64,000 bases of DNA from an uncultured Opitutales bacterium (GCA_938075565.1 CALJGU010000153.1:1890-65889); one strand, 5' to 3'; shown: positions 45,511 through 56,456, numbered from the stretch's first letter. Made by a program: numbers and translations. The notes: generated from the letters alone by a model not told the origin.

Positions 45511-46168
45511 GTTCCTACGAATACTCTTCTCCTCGAAGATTAGCTGCATTGCGGGAATCTTATTCGTTGGCGTTGTGACTAGCTTAATCTTGCAGGAAGA
45601 TTCCGTGCAGCCATTGCACAACAGCTTTCGGAGCAATGAGGTTGTGAGCCGACCCTTGGTGAATGGCGTTCAATATTCTCAAATCCTGTCAATTCCTCAC
45701 AATTTGGAAGATGAGGACTTCCTGATAGCATTATTCTTCGGATGTCCTGAGGCCAATTGTTCTGGAGCAGCCACTGTAAATCTTCGGCAGGGTGATCATG
45801 AGCAACAGCTAAACTCACCTGAACTCTTTCCATCACCTTTCGCCGGGTATCGGATCCCTTTTTCGGGTTTTTCAGCTGGCCCAGCCACACTAGAGGTCAA
45901 GGGCATGGCACAAAACGGGGAGAACCCACTTGGCTTACTTTATCTCACTGACGGGGATGAGAAGTTGTTGTCAGGGCCAGGTATCGAAGAGAATGCCATC
46001 GCTGCCATGGACTGGTTCAAAGTCGTATCAGGAAATGAGAAACTGGGCCTTACATTCCCCAATCTGATTGTCAAGGGCGTGTGGCTCTTATCCTTTATGG
46101 GATTTGTCGGACTTGCTTGGCGAGGGATGCGGCCTGAGGGCTCGAATGACAGAGTCAACCAAGACTGA
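45503..46168 (+). CDS. Hypothetical protein, TM at both ends with a periplasmic beta-rich domain
   Basis: ATG 45503 overlaps the upstream stop codon (ATGACTAA); no family recognised. Confidence 0.65.
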   Translation: MTKFLRILFSSKISCIAGILFVGVVTSLILQEDSVQPLHNSFRSNEVVSRPLVNGVQYSQILSIPHNLEDEDFLIALFFGCPEANCSGAATVNLRQGDHEQQLNSPELFPSPFAGYRIPFSGFSAGPATLEVKGMAQNGENPLGLLYLTDGDEKLLSGPGIEENAIAAMDWFKVVSGNEKLGLTFPNLIVKGVWLLSFMGFVGLAWRGMRPEGSNDRVNQD

Positions 46169-47153
46169 CTTTCTGGCGAATTTCACTCCAGCGATCTTCT
46201 GGTAACGAGGCGCCCATTATTTGGACAGCTTCGGCACCTAGCAAGGATCCGAATTCACCGGATGTCTGAAGGCCCTTTCCGTTGAGCAACCCATACAAAA
46301 ATCCAGCCGCCCAAAGATCTCCGGCACCTGTCGTGTCGAGAGGGCTTTCAACCATGCATGGAGTTACCTTTACGCGCTCATCCCCTCTTCCGATAAGAGA
46401 TCCTTCCTTGCCGAGTTTCACAACCGCTACTTCGGCCAGGTCGGTGAGTTGATTTAGCATTCCATGGTAGTCTTCGCCGAGTTCAGTGAATGCCGCTGCC
46501 TCTTCTTCGTTTGCAAAAAGGTAGTCGACGTAGTCTCGGATTATGTCGGCCATGATATCCTTAGTCGCGTTGACGACTTCGAAGGAGGCCAGGTCCAAGC
46601 TTATAGTGCATTTTGCTTCCTTCGCTGATTCCAAAACCTGATACATCAGGTCGCGATTGAACAAAATATAGCCTTCAATGTGAGCGTGGTTGTACCCTTC
46701 AAAGTCCTTGGCTGAAATCTCATCGGGCGATAGCGTCATGGCTGCACCTAGATCTGTGCGCATGGTGCGTTCCGAGTCCGGAGTTACCAAAGACAGACAA
46801 CGTCCATTGGGAATGATGCCTGTCTTAAACCGGGAACCATCTCCTCCTCGGGTCACAAGGCCTTCACGATAATAACTTCCCGTTTCACAGTTTCCGATCT
46901 TACCCAACATGGCTACTGGGTTACCCAACTCAGCCAATCCGAGAATGGTATTCCCTGCTGATCCGCCAGGAGCTCGGGTGGGCTCTACGGGTAATTCTTT
47001 CAACATGAGGTCCATGGCCGCTGTATCGACAAGGACCATTCCGCCTTTTTCTCCAGCGACTGAGGCGACAAACTCTTCGCTGACGTTGGCGAGGAAATCG
47101 ACTACGGGATTTCCGACTCCGATGATTTTTGTATGTGGGCGATTTGTTTCCAT
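46155..47153 (-). CDS. PfkB family kinase (adenosine kinase-like)
   Basis: GVGNPVVD, PGGSAGNT, SERTMRTDLGA, HIEGY, LFANEEEA, DTTGAGDLWAAGFL. Confidence 0.92.
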   Translation of the reverse strand: METNRPHTKIIGVGNPVVDFLANVSEEFVASVAGEKGGMVLVDTAAMDLMLKELPVEPTRAPGGSAGNTILGLAELGNPVAMLGKIGNCETGSYYREGLVTRGGDGSRFKTGIIPNGRCLSLVTPDSERTMRTDLGAAMTLSPDEISAKDFEGYNHAHIEGYILFNRDLMYQVLESAKEAKCTISLDLASFEVVNATKDIMADIIRDYVDYLFANEEEAAAFTELGEDYHGMLNQLTDLAEVAVVKLGKEGSLIGRGDERVKVTPCMVESPLDTTGAGDLWAAGFLYGLLNGKGLQTSGEFGSLLGAEAVQIMGASLPEDRWSEIRQKVSLG

Positions 47154-47358
47154 ATGGGTCTTAGGATTGGTCGTTATTAAACAACCGGTTGAAAGATATT
47201 GGGACTCTCAGACGAGCGACTTTTTGAGTCTGGTGAAGAAAAAGGGGGAGAAGTACGACAGGTCAACTGGATTTTGAGAGGCTTTTGCTCCAGTATTTCG
47301 TGAATCAGAGGACAAACAGTTCTGGTTCTACCTGACCATTTCCAAACAATTTTCATGA

Positions 47359-49026
<1,668 letters not shown>

Positions 49027-49833
49027 ATGTTTTTTGATTCCGATAAACTATTGCTCCTTGCGGGCCCCTGCTCCTTGGAATCCTTGGAGGTATGCAGGCC
49101 TGTTGCTCAATGCCTGATCGACATCCAGGGTCAAAATCCGGAATTAAATATCGTTTTCAAAGGGTCTTTCGATAAGGCCAACCGGACTTCTATTGCTGGA
49201 TCGCGCGGCACAGGCCTTGAGTCAGGCTTGGAAATCCTCAGTACCATCAAATCTGAGTTTGGATTACCCGTAGTGACCGATGTGCATGAATCCAATCAAT
49301 TACCCAAACTCGCCGAGGTGGTTGATGTTATTCAGATTCCGGCCTTTTTATGCCGTCAGACCGACCTGTTGCTGGCAGCAGCGAAAACAGGGAAAGTGAT
49401 AAACGTCAAAAAAGGGCAGTTCCTTGCACCGCAAGATATGGCCCATGTGGCAGGCAAATTGCAGGAAGGTGGAGCTTCTGAAATCTGGCTCACCGAACGA
49501 GGATCTACTTTTGGTTATCGGAACCTTGTGGTGGATATGCGTGGTTTTGAGCAAATGAAAGAAACAGGGTATCCTGTAATTTTTGACGCCACCCATAGCG
49601 TACAACTCCCCAGTGGTGGGGACGGAAAGAGTGATGGACAACGAGAATTTGTGCCACCCTTAGCGCGAGCAGCCCTTGCCGCAGGCGCTCAGGGAATATT
49701 TTTAGAGACCCATCCTGACCCAGAAAAAGCAATCTCGGATGGGCCTAATATGGTTCCCCTTTCTGAATTATCTGATTTAGTGATCCAATTATTGAAAATC
49801 TGGAAGGTCATGAAATCCTTGGCTCCCAGCTGA
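49027..49833 (+). CDS. kdsA: KDO8P synthase
   Basis: [58 protein letters not shown]. Confidence 0.97.
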   Translation: MFFDSDKLLLLAGPCSLESLEVCRPVAQCLIDIQGQNPELNIVFKGSFDKANRTSIAGSRGTGLESGLEILSTIKSEFGLPVVTDVHESNQLPKLAEVVDVIQIPAFLCRQTDLLLAAAKTGKVINVKKGQFLAPQDMAHVAGKLQEGGASEIWLTERGSTFGYRNLVVDMRGFEQMKETGYPVIFDATHSVQLPSGGDGKSDGQREFVPPLARAALAAGAQGIFLETHPDPEKAISDGPNMVPLSELSDLVIQLLKIWKVMKSLAPS

Positions 49834-49855
49834 AAACCATTTTTATATAAGCACA

Positions 49856-51442
49856 ATGGATACGTTTGTTGCTCAAATCCCAGTCCCGTCTATGGGGGCT
49901 ACCGTCCACGAATTAACGCTCATCGATGTTGAGGTAGAAGATGGCGAATCTGTTCAAAAGGGACAGAAATGCGCCGAATTTGAGAGCGATAAGTCTGCTT
50001 TCGATTTTGAAGCCCCTTGTTCGGGCACGATCAAAAAAATCCTGGTTAGAGCCGGGGATCTCGTGGAAGCGAATTCTCCCTTTATCTGGATTGAAACAGA
50101 CGATAACTCTCAAAAGCACCTTGAAGTATCTGGTGAAGCAGCAAACGGCGTAGATGCAACTCCATCTAAAGAGCCGGTTTCCAAGCCACAACCTGCGGTT
50201 GAAAGTGCTCCGGCAGCTTCCCCCGCCGCCCCTGTTGCGAGGCCTTCTCTTCAAAGTTCTCAACCAGGAGGATTGGTAAAATGGACCCCAAAGGCCTTGC
50301 GAATCATTCGCGATGCTGGATTTGATCCCGCGACAATTACGGATATCCCAGCAACGGGACCCGGAGGTCGGGTTTCTGGAGATGACGTAAAGACTTATTT
50401 AGCTACACAACCAGCTCCCACGCCCGCCGCGGAGGCGACTCCTTCGTCAGGATCAGACCGGGAAACCGTCTGTATTGCTGGAATTGGCTTTGCAGTTCCC
50501 AAAACGGTAAAAACGAATAAGGAGCTCCTGGAGAAGTTTCCTGGAAAAACGGAAGAAGAAATAGTCAAGACGACTGGCATATCTCAACGGCACATTGCCG
50601 GAGAAGGGGAAGGAGTCACCAAATACGCATTGCAAGCCTGTGAAAATGCACTGTCGATGTCCGGAATAGACGTTTCCGATGTGGATGGTATCATCATGGC
50701 CACTATCATTCCTGATCAACCGGTTCCTAGTTCAGCCAGTGCCTTGGCTCAACTGCTTGGAATTCCGGGAGCTTTAGCCTTCGACCTGAATGCGGCTTGT
50801 TCGGGCTGGTTATATGCCTTGGAAACTGGACGTGCATTTATTCGTTCCGGAACTGCCCGAAATCTATTGGTGGTAACAGCGGAATTACTTTCTCGAATCA
50901 CTAACTACGAAGATTATAGCACGGCTTTTCTATTCGGAGATGGTGCCGGTGCTGCTGTGTTGACTGATTCAGAAGAAGGCCATCAGCTTCATCGTTTGGA
51001 ACTTACGGGTGACGCAACCCAGTACGAAGCCATCCAGCGTGCTGGCGGAGGAGCTAAGAATCCGATAGCCAAACCTGGCTGTGATTTGTCCGACTTTTAT
51101 CTTACTATGAATGGAGCGGCTGTATTCAAATACGCAGTAGTCGCTTTTGCGGACATCATAGAAGAGACGCTAAAGCGTGAAAATCTTACCGTGGAGGATG
51201 TTGATTGGGTGGTTCCACACCAGGCCAATGAGCGAATCCTGAAAGCGGTTAGTAAGCGTGTCGGTATACCTTACGAACGTTTTGTTGTTACTATCGGAAA
51301 GTATGCGAATACCTCCGCTGCTTCTGTGTCTATGGCACTAGGGTGGGCCGCAGAAGAAGGAATATTCGAACCTGGAAACAAAATCATTTTTTGTTCGGTA
51401 GGCGCAGGGTTGACCTATGCGGGTGGGCTTCTCGAGTGGTAG
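49856..51442 (+). CDS. fabH: Lipoyl domain + E1/E3-binding domain + 3-oxoacyl-ACP synthase III (FabH) fusion
   Basis: aa1-81 lipoyl domain (EFESDKSA, K46); Ala/Pro linker; aa141-183 PSBD (TGPGGRVSGDDV); aa204-528 KAS III with NAACSG (C315), FGDGAGA, PHQAN (H455), ANTSAAS (N485). Confidence 0.9.
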   Translation: MDTFVAQIPVPSMGATVHELTLIDVEVEDGESVQKGQKCAEFESDKSAFDFEAPCSGTIKKILVRAGDLVEANSPFIWIETDDNSQKHLEVSGEAANGVDATPSKEPVSKPQPAVESAPAASPAAPVARPSLQSSQPGGLVKWTPKALRIIRDAGFDPATITDIPATGPGGRVSGDDVKTYLATQPAPTPAAEATPSSGSDRETVCIAGIGFAVPKTVKTNKELLEKFPGKTEEEIVKTTGISQRHIAGEGEGVTKYALQACENALSMSGIDVSDVDGIIMATIIPDQPVPSSASALAQLLGIPGALAFDLNAACSGWLYALETGRAFIRSGTARNLLVVTAELLSRITNYEDYSTAFLFGDGAGAAVLTDSEEGHQLHRLELTGDATQYEAIQRAGGGAKNPIAKPGCDLSDFYLTMNGAAVFKYAVVAFADIIEETLKRENLTVEDVDWVVPHQANERILKAVSKRVGIPYERFVVTIGKYANTSAASVSMALGWAAEEGIFEPGNKIIFCSVGAGLTYAGGLLEW

Positions 51443-51558
51443 CAGGTGATTAATTACGTGGGTTGTTATTAAAAGCTTTTAAAAATCCGACCCAATTCTG
51501 ATGGATTCTGGATAGGATACCTTATAGCTGTAGCTTCTGCCAGATCCTAGCTTCTGCT

Positions 51559-52620
51559 ATGTCTGTCTTGCTCAACATCCTCATCGAAACTCTGCTCCTG
51601 ATGGCCTTCCTATGGATAGGTAAGTCCGTCATGAAAGCCCAGTTGCACCCCAAAACATTGGTGGTCACTGCGTTAGCAGGCGCTTGTGCAAGTCAGGTCC
51701 TTTTTGTAGGGCTTTATCTTTCTTTTGCTGTGGTCCTCTTTTTTATGTGGAAAATGGCCCGGGTGGATATCGTGCCCGATGGCGCACTGATCGTAATCAT
51801 CGGTAAGGGTGTGTCATTTATCGCAATGATCTGGGTAGTGGGCGCAATTTGGGATCAAACCGGATCAGGCGACCTAGCTGGTTTGGTAGAAGAAATGCCA
51901 ATTTATGAAGACGGAGACGGCATTTCATATTTCGCTGAGGGGGAAAAAGTCTACTACCGGAATGTGGACGAAGAAAAGGTATACGTAGATGCCAACGTGC
52001 TTTTTGGTATATCTGAAGTGGTTTCAGACTCTGCTGAAGGTGATAAAGCTGCATCCGCGGAAGGCAGTGACCTTGCCCCAGATGAACTTGAAGAAATTGC
52101 AGCAGTCCAATCCAATGACCCACTTAATGTGGATTCTGCTCCTGGATTTTCCGAGCCGTATTTATCTGACTCAATGGTCCGAGGTGAACCCGTTCCGTTT
52201 CTACTATTTGTTCCTCAAGGTTGGATGGTAAAAAAGGAAAAAGGTTCTGTAGCACTGCGAATAGATGATCATACTTTCATCCACTGTTTCTCCAATGATG
52301 CCATCTCAAATAATAAGACCTATTTGCGGAATGAAGTAAATCGAGTTTTGTCGCAGTATTCTGGGTACGAAGTGGCTCGACAGGAAATTGTCACTATGGA
52401 CAAAAAGCAGTGGGCACGTGTGCAATTTGTAAACCAAAGAGGCGATCAAGTTCTTATTCTTACTCATGGAGGGAATCGCGGTTCTTACACCGTTGAGCTA
52501 AATGGATCGTTTAAGCAGCTAAGCGCTCAAAAATCTGTTCTGAACCGAGTGATTACTAGCTTCAAGTTTCCGGCAAGTACCTACTTCGTTGCAAAAGTTG
52601 AAGCTGAAGAAGAGCTCTAG
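51559..52620 (+). CDS. Hypothetical membrane protein with acidic linker and C-terminal PsbP/Mog1-like region
   Basis: Three or four N-terminal TMs, acidic middle, C-terminal FLLFVPQGW ... RVITSFKF pattern. Confidence 0.65.
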   Translation: MSVLLNILIETLLLMAFLWIGKSVMKAQLHPKTLVVTALAGACASQVLFVGLYLSFAVVLFFMWKMARVDIVPDGALIVIIGKGVSFIAMIWVVGAIWDQTGSGDLAGLVEEMPIYEDGDGISYFAEGEKVYYRNVDEEKVYVDANVLFGISEVVSDSAEGDKAASAEGSDLAPDELEEIAAVQSNDPLNVDSAPGFSEPYLSDSMVRGEPVPFLLFVPQGWMVKKEKGSVALRIDDHTFIHCFSNDAISNNKTYLRNEVNRVLSQYSGYEVARQEIVTMDKKQWARVQFVNQRGDQVLILTHGGNRGSYTVELNGSFKQLSAQKSVLNRVITSFKFPASTYFVAKVEAEEEL

Positions 52621-53393
52621 TCTCCAATCTGGTTTATAGATTCGGAAAGTACCGATAAAGCGGATACAGCCGCCGTTTCTGATCTTAGCACGTGAGGGCC
52701 TAATGATACAGGTTGAGCTCCACTCTCAATCAACAATTGATATTCATCGGGGGTAAAGTCGCCTTCCGGGCCAATGAATAAAGTCACTGCTCTAGAAAGC
52801 TTCAAATCACTCCAGTTTTTTGCCTTTGATTCCAGGCTGGCAACTACTGCTGTCTCTATTGGGTCTTCTTCTAATAACTGGTCCAACTTTTTTGGATCAC
52901 TCAATATGGGCAGCCAAGGGTTTCCGCTTTGTTTGCAGGCTTCGACTAGCTGCATCTGCCACTTCTTACATTTTGATTCGGCGTTTTTAATTTGAACCTG
53001 AGTCCATTGGGTTGTCAGTGGTTGAATCCTGGCAATCCCTAGCTCGGTTGCTTGTCTCAGAATTGAATCAAACGTTTTCCCCTTAATGAGTGCGATCGCT
53101 AAGGTAATATTTTTGGTGGGCCTATTATAATGAAAAGCTTCTTTTTTAATCAGAACACACCGCCGCTTGTCGGCTTTTTCCAGCCGAGCCTTCCACTCTA
53201 ACCCTGTGCCGTTGAACAGGATTACTTCGTTTCCCTGCTTCGCGCGGTTGGTTCCTACCAGGTGATGTGACTCGAAAGGCGACAGTGTGATCGTGCTTTT
53301 TTCGAGCCCTAAATCTGGAGCATAGCTGCGGAAGTCTGACATGAGCTCCATCTTGCGCACTAATTTTAGAGCTTGTCCAGATTGTGAAACCAA
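52617..53393 (-). CDS. rsmE: 16S rRNA m3U1498 methyltransferase RsmE (paralog 1)
   Basis: ESHHL...R, QATELG, EACKQSG, LFIGPEGDF, SLGPHVLRSETA; start may be 53342. Confidence 0.93.
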   Translation of the reverse strand: MVSQSGQALKLVRKMELMSDFRSYAPDLGLEKSTITLSPFESHHLVGTNRAKQGNEVILFNGTGLEWKARLEKADKRRCVLIKKEAFHYNRPTKNITLAIALIKGKTFDSILRQATELGIARIQPLTTQWTQVQIKNAESKCKKWQMQLVEACKQSGNPWLPILSDPKKLDQLLEEDPIETAVVASLESKAKNWSDLKLSRAVTLFIGPEGDFTPDEYQLLIESGAQPVSLGPHVLRSETAAVSALSVLSESINQIGD

Positions 53394-53637
53394 AATTCAA
53401 CACGCCAGCATGCAAAGAAGCTCCGCTTTCACGGAGCTTGCCTTGCTTAACAAACTACAAACTAGACTGAAACTATGAACTTTACTCTAACAATGTATTT
53501 TAGCTTTGTTAAGTAAGACGCAGGATTATTGAAATTCGTTCAAAGTTTTCTCCGTTTTTCTAAAATAATCTTCCGCTGATCTCTAAATAATTGTACCAGA
53601 GGCAATTACCTAAGCTGAGTTTTAAGTATCCACCAAG

Positions 53638-54198
53638 ATGAGAATAACAGGAGGCAAAGCTAAGGGAATTACTCTCAATTCCCCCAAGGGATCAGCAACA
53701 AGGCCGGCAGCTGATGCCATTCGAGAAGCGCTTTATTCTTCCATTGCCGAATTGGTTCCTGGGTGTCGCTTGTTGGATTTGTTTGCCGGAACAGGTGCTT
53801 ATGGGCTCGAAGCTTTGAGCAGAGGTGCCGCCAGGATACGATTTGTGGAATCAGACAGAAAGGCAGTGGCCTCAATCAGAGAAAACCTGCAGCGCGTGAG
53901 AAAGAGTTCAGATCTTGAGACAGCAGAGACAGAGATCTTTCAGGGAAATGTGTTTAAGGTTCGTTCACTTAACACACAGGATTGGGATATTATGATCGCA
54001 GACCCTCCCTATGCAGATATCCCGTCCCTCGAATCAAAACTCTTTGATATGGCTGAGCGATTGCTGGTCCCGGCTGGATTATTAATTTTGGAGCATCCTG
54101 CGAATCTATCTCTTACTTCCGATAACTGGGTGGAGATAAAACGCTTGGGAAAGAAGCGTGGTCGTGGACCGGCGGTTAGTATCTGGCGAAGGTCTTAA
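53638..54198 (+). CDS. rsmD: 16S rRNA m2G966 methyltransferase RsmD
   Basis: MRITGGKAKG, TRP....IREALY, LDLFAGTGAYGLEALSRGA, ADPPY. Confidence 0.95.
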   Translation: MRITGGKAKGITLNSPKGSATRPAADAIREALYSSIAELVPGCRLLDLFAGTGAYGLEALSRGAARIRFVESDRKAVASIRENLQRVRKSSDLETAETEIFQGNVFKVRSLNTQDWDIMIADPPYADIPSLESKLFDMAERLLVPAGLLILEHPANLSLTSDNWVEIKRLGKKRGRGPAVSIWRRS

Positions 54199-54908
54199 GG
54201 CTTTGCTTGGATGCTAAGAATTGAGATTCCGGAGATACAAGCTGTTTCAGTTCGCAAAACTCGTGAACCCAAATCTACCAGGGTAAATCCATGTTTCCTG
54301 AGAAGATCCCTCTCCAGGTTACTCCAACCCCGTTCGCCACCCACGGCTAGAGTTATCGGTTCATTCGATACCTCGATTGCGCCAAGCCGTTTTGTACTTT
54401 CGTAATTGTCCAAAGCCAGACATGTCCCGGCTGGCTTATTCTCCTCAATGGTTTCCGCAAGTTCGTTTCCAAATCGTAGCAGTGGTATCTGAGTACAAAA
54501 TGCTTGTTCGGCACCTCGGACCAATAGCCTCTCAGCCTCACCCGTTGTCCACAGTTTGCTCTTTCTATAGTTCGGCTCACTTTTTTCAGTATCAAAAAAG
54601 TTGATGCTCCTAACCCCCAATGAGGTACATTCCTGCAAAATCCTCCGACAAGTTTGGGGTCTGCAGAAACTAACCCACAAATCAATTGGGAGCAGGGTAG
54701 GGACTTCTGTTTCCCACGCGAAGCTAAGTTGCAGCGATCCTTTGTCTGAGTCTTTCCATCTTGCTTTTCCGCGGGGACCATTTACCAAGCCGACGTCAAA
54801 CTTCTGCCCCGAGTCCATCCTGAGTACTTCAAGGATATGAACCGCGCGCGGATCTGACTTCTTGAGTGGAGCTTCAAGCTCTTCTGAGTTAAACAGAATT
54901 AGGTTCAC
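54195..54908 (-). CDS. rsmE: RsmE-family SPOUT methyltransferase (divergent paralog 2)
   Basis: HILEVLR, TSLGV, GAEQA, AVGGERGW, LGSRVLRTETA. Confidence 0.85.
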   Translation of the reverse strand: MNLILFNSEELEAPLKKSDPRAVHILEVLRMDSGQKFDVGLVNGPRGKARWKDSDKGSLQLSFAWETEVPTLLPIDLWVSFCRPQTCRRILQECTSLGVRSINFFDTEKSEPNYRKSKLWTTGEAERLLVRGAEQAFCTQIPLLRFGNELAETIEENKPAGTCLALDNYESTKRLGAIEVSNEPITLAVGGERGWSNLERDLLRKHGFTLVDLGSRVLRTETACISGISILSIQAKP

Positions 54909-54920
54909 GAAGCGCGATGA

Positions 54921-56168
54921 TTAGTTGGTTCCTTTGAACTCATACCCGGCTTCTTCAACCGCCTGGGAAACTTGCGAAAGATTGATGTCCTGCCCTTCAA
55001 CCCAAGCTAGATTTTGATTGGCATCTGCCTTGGCTGAGCGGATGCCCGAAATTCCCTCGAGTGCCTGCTTCACGTGATTCGCGCAATGGCTGCAAGTCAT
55101 CCCTTCGATTTTCAATGTAATCGTATCTGAGTCCGTCATGGTTGTTTGAATCTTCTTTTGTGCTAACTTTGGATGCAGATAGGTCCAAGTGATCATTCCC
55201 AATAAACTGATAGCTGAAATGAATTTGATCCACGAAAATTCTCCCGACATTTCGTGATGCGCCATCGTTTCTCTTATTAGAGTTCCGCCGTAGATGTCTA
55301 GTAACCAACCACTCAGCCAGGATATCCCTATAATAGACAGCAGATAAATGAAAATAGTTCTGCGGCCAAGCATCTTGTAAAGGGTGGTGATGGTGGCTAC
55401 ATTGGTGGCTGGGCCTGCAATGAGGAAGACCAAGGCGGCTCCGGGACTAACTCCAGATGCCAGTAGCGCGAACGCGATTGGTATCGACCCGGTTGAGCAC
55501 ACATAAAGAGGAATGGCTATCATAGTGACGGCCAGATAGGTTAACCACGGGTTGCTTAAATAATTTTCTCCCCAGTTCTCTGGAAGAACTGCTCCTAGAA
55601 GCCCCGCTAAAATGATGCCCAGCACCAAGGTCTTTCCTATCTCCTGAGGAAGGGTATAGAAACCATAAGTGAATATCGCTCTAAACTTTTCTCCTGCGTG
55701 TCTAGTATCGGTAACTGGAGCTTGCGATTCGATGCTGTTTGTTTTCGGGGCTTCTTTGTCTAACAAATCGACAATGAGGCCAGCGATGATACCTGAAGCC
55801 AACGCAACCGCTACTCGGAACCAGGCAAAGAAAGGACCTATGAGCCCAGCGGTTGCCAAAATTGAATCCACCCCTGTTTGGGGAGTAGAAGTCAGGAAGG
55901 AAGTGGTGGCTCCCTTGCTAGCGCCTCGTTGGTAGAGAGAGGAAGTGACCGGGATAACACCGCATGAGCACAAGGGTAGGGGGACTCCTAAAAGGGAGGC
56001 TTTGACAACTGATCCAAAGGAGCGCTTTCCAAGCCAACGTTCAATCAGCTCTTGCCGAACAACAATGGAAAGTAAGCCTGCTAGAATGAAACCCAACAAA
56101 AGGTACGGGGACATTTCCAAGAGAATGTCCCAAGTCTCCACCAGCCATGTGAGTATCCAATCCTTCAT
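54921..56168 (-). CDS. SO_0444/DUF318-type Cu/Zn permease with C-terminal HMA domain
   Basis: GVPLPLCSCGVIP, TPQTGVDS, PLYVCSTGS, GPATN; C-terminal IEGMTCSHC...AVEEAGY. Confidence 0.9.
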   Translation of the reverse strand: MKDWILTWLVETWDILLEMSPYLLLGFILAGLLSIVVRQELIERWLGKRSFGSVVKASLLGVPLPLCSCGVIPVTSSLYQRGASKGATTSFLTSTPQTGVDSILATAGLIGPFFAWFRVAVALASGIIAGLIVDLLDKEAPKTNSIESQAPVTDTRHAGEKFRAIFTYGFYTLPQEIGKTLVLGIILAGLLGAVLPENWGENYLSNPWLTYLAVTMIAIPLYVCSTGSIPIAFALLASGVSPGAALVFLIAGPATNVATITTLYKMLGRRTIFIYLLSIIGISWLSGWLLDIYGGTLIRETMAHHEMSGEFSWIKFISAISLLGMITWTYLHPKLAQKKIQTTMTDSDTITLKIEGMTCSHCANHVKQALEGISGIRSAKADANQNLAWVEGQDINLSQVSQAVEEAGYEFKGTN

Positions 56169-56175
56169 TGGAAGA

Positions 56176-56445
56176 TTATCGGTTTAGTTTAAACATGATG
56201 TCTGTTAGTTCCTGGTAATGCTCTTCGCCGTCACCCTTTTTAACAGAATCGGTTACGCAGGTTTCCAGATGATTGCGTACAATTTCTTTGGATACACCTC
56301 GAAGCGCTTCTTGGATAGCAGCAATTTGTGTTAGTACTTCCAGGCAATAGCGCTCTTCCTCAACGAGCTTTGTGATGCCGCCGACTTGGCCCTGTATGAT
56401 TTTAAGGCGACGTAGCGCCTTTCGTTTGTGTTCTGATAAAAGCAT
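56176..56445 (-). CDS. csoR: CsoR/RcnR family metal-sensing repressor
   Basis: RRLKIIQGQVGGI..LVEEERYCLEVLTQIAA...NHLETCV. Confidence 0.93.
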   Translation of the reverse strand: MLLSEHKRKALRRLKIIQGQVGGITKLVEEERYCLEVLTQIAAIQEALRGVSKEIVRNHLETCVTDSVKKGDGEEHYQELTDIMFKLNR

Positions 56446-56456
56446 GAGAGTGCAAA

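Noticed and set aside
49856-50100. N-terminal domain as a biotin carrier
   Set aside because: The motif is SDKS (lipoyl-type DK), not the AMK of biotinyl domains such as AccB in this window, and it is followed by a PSBD.
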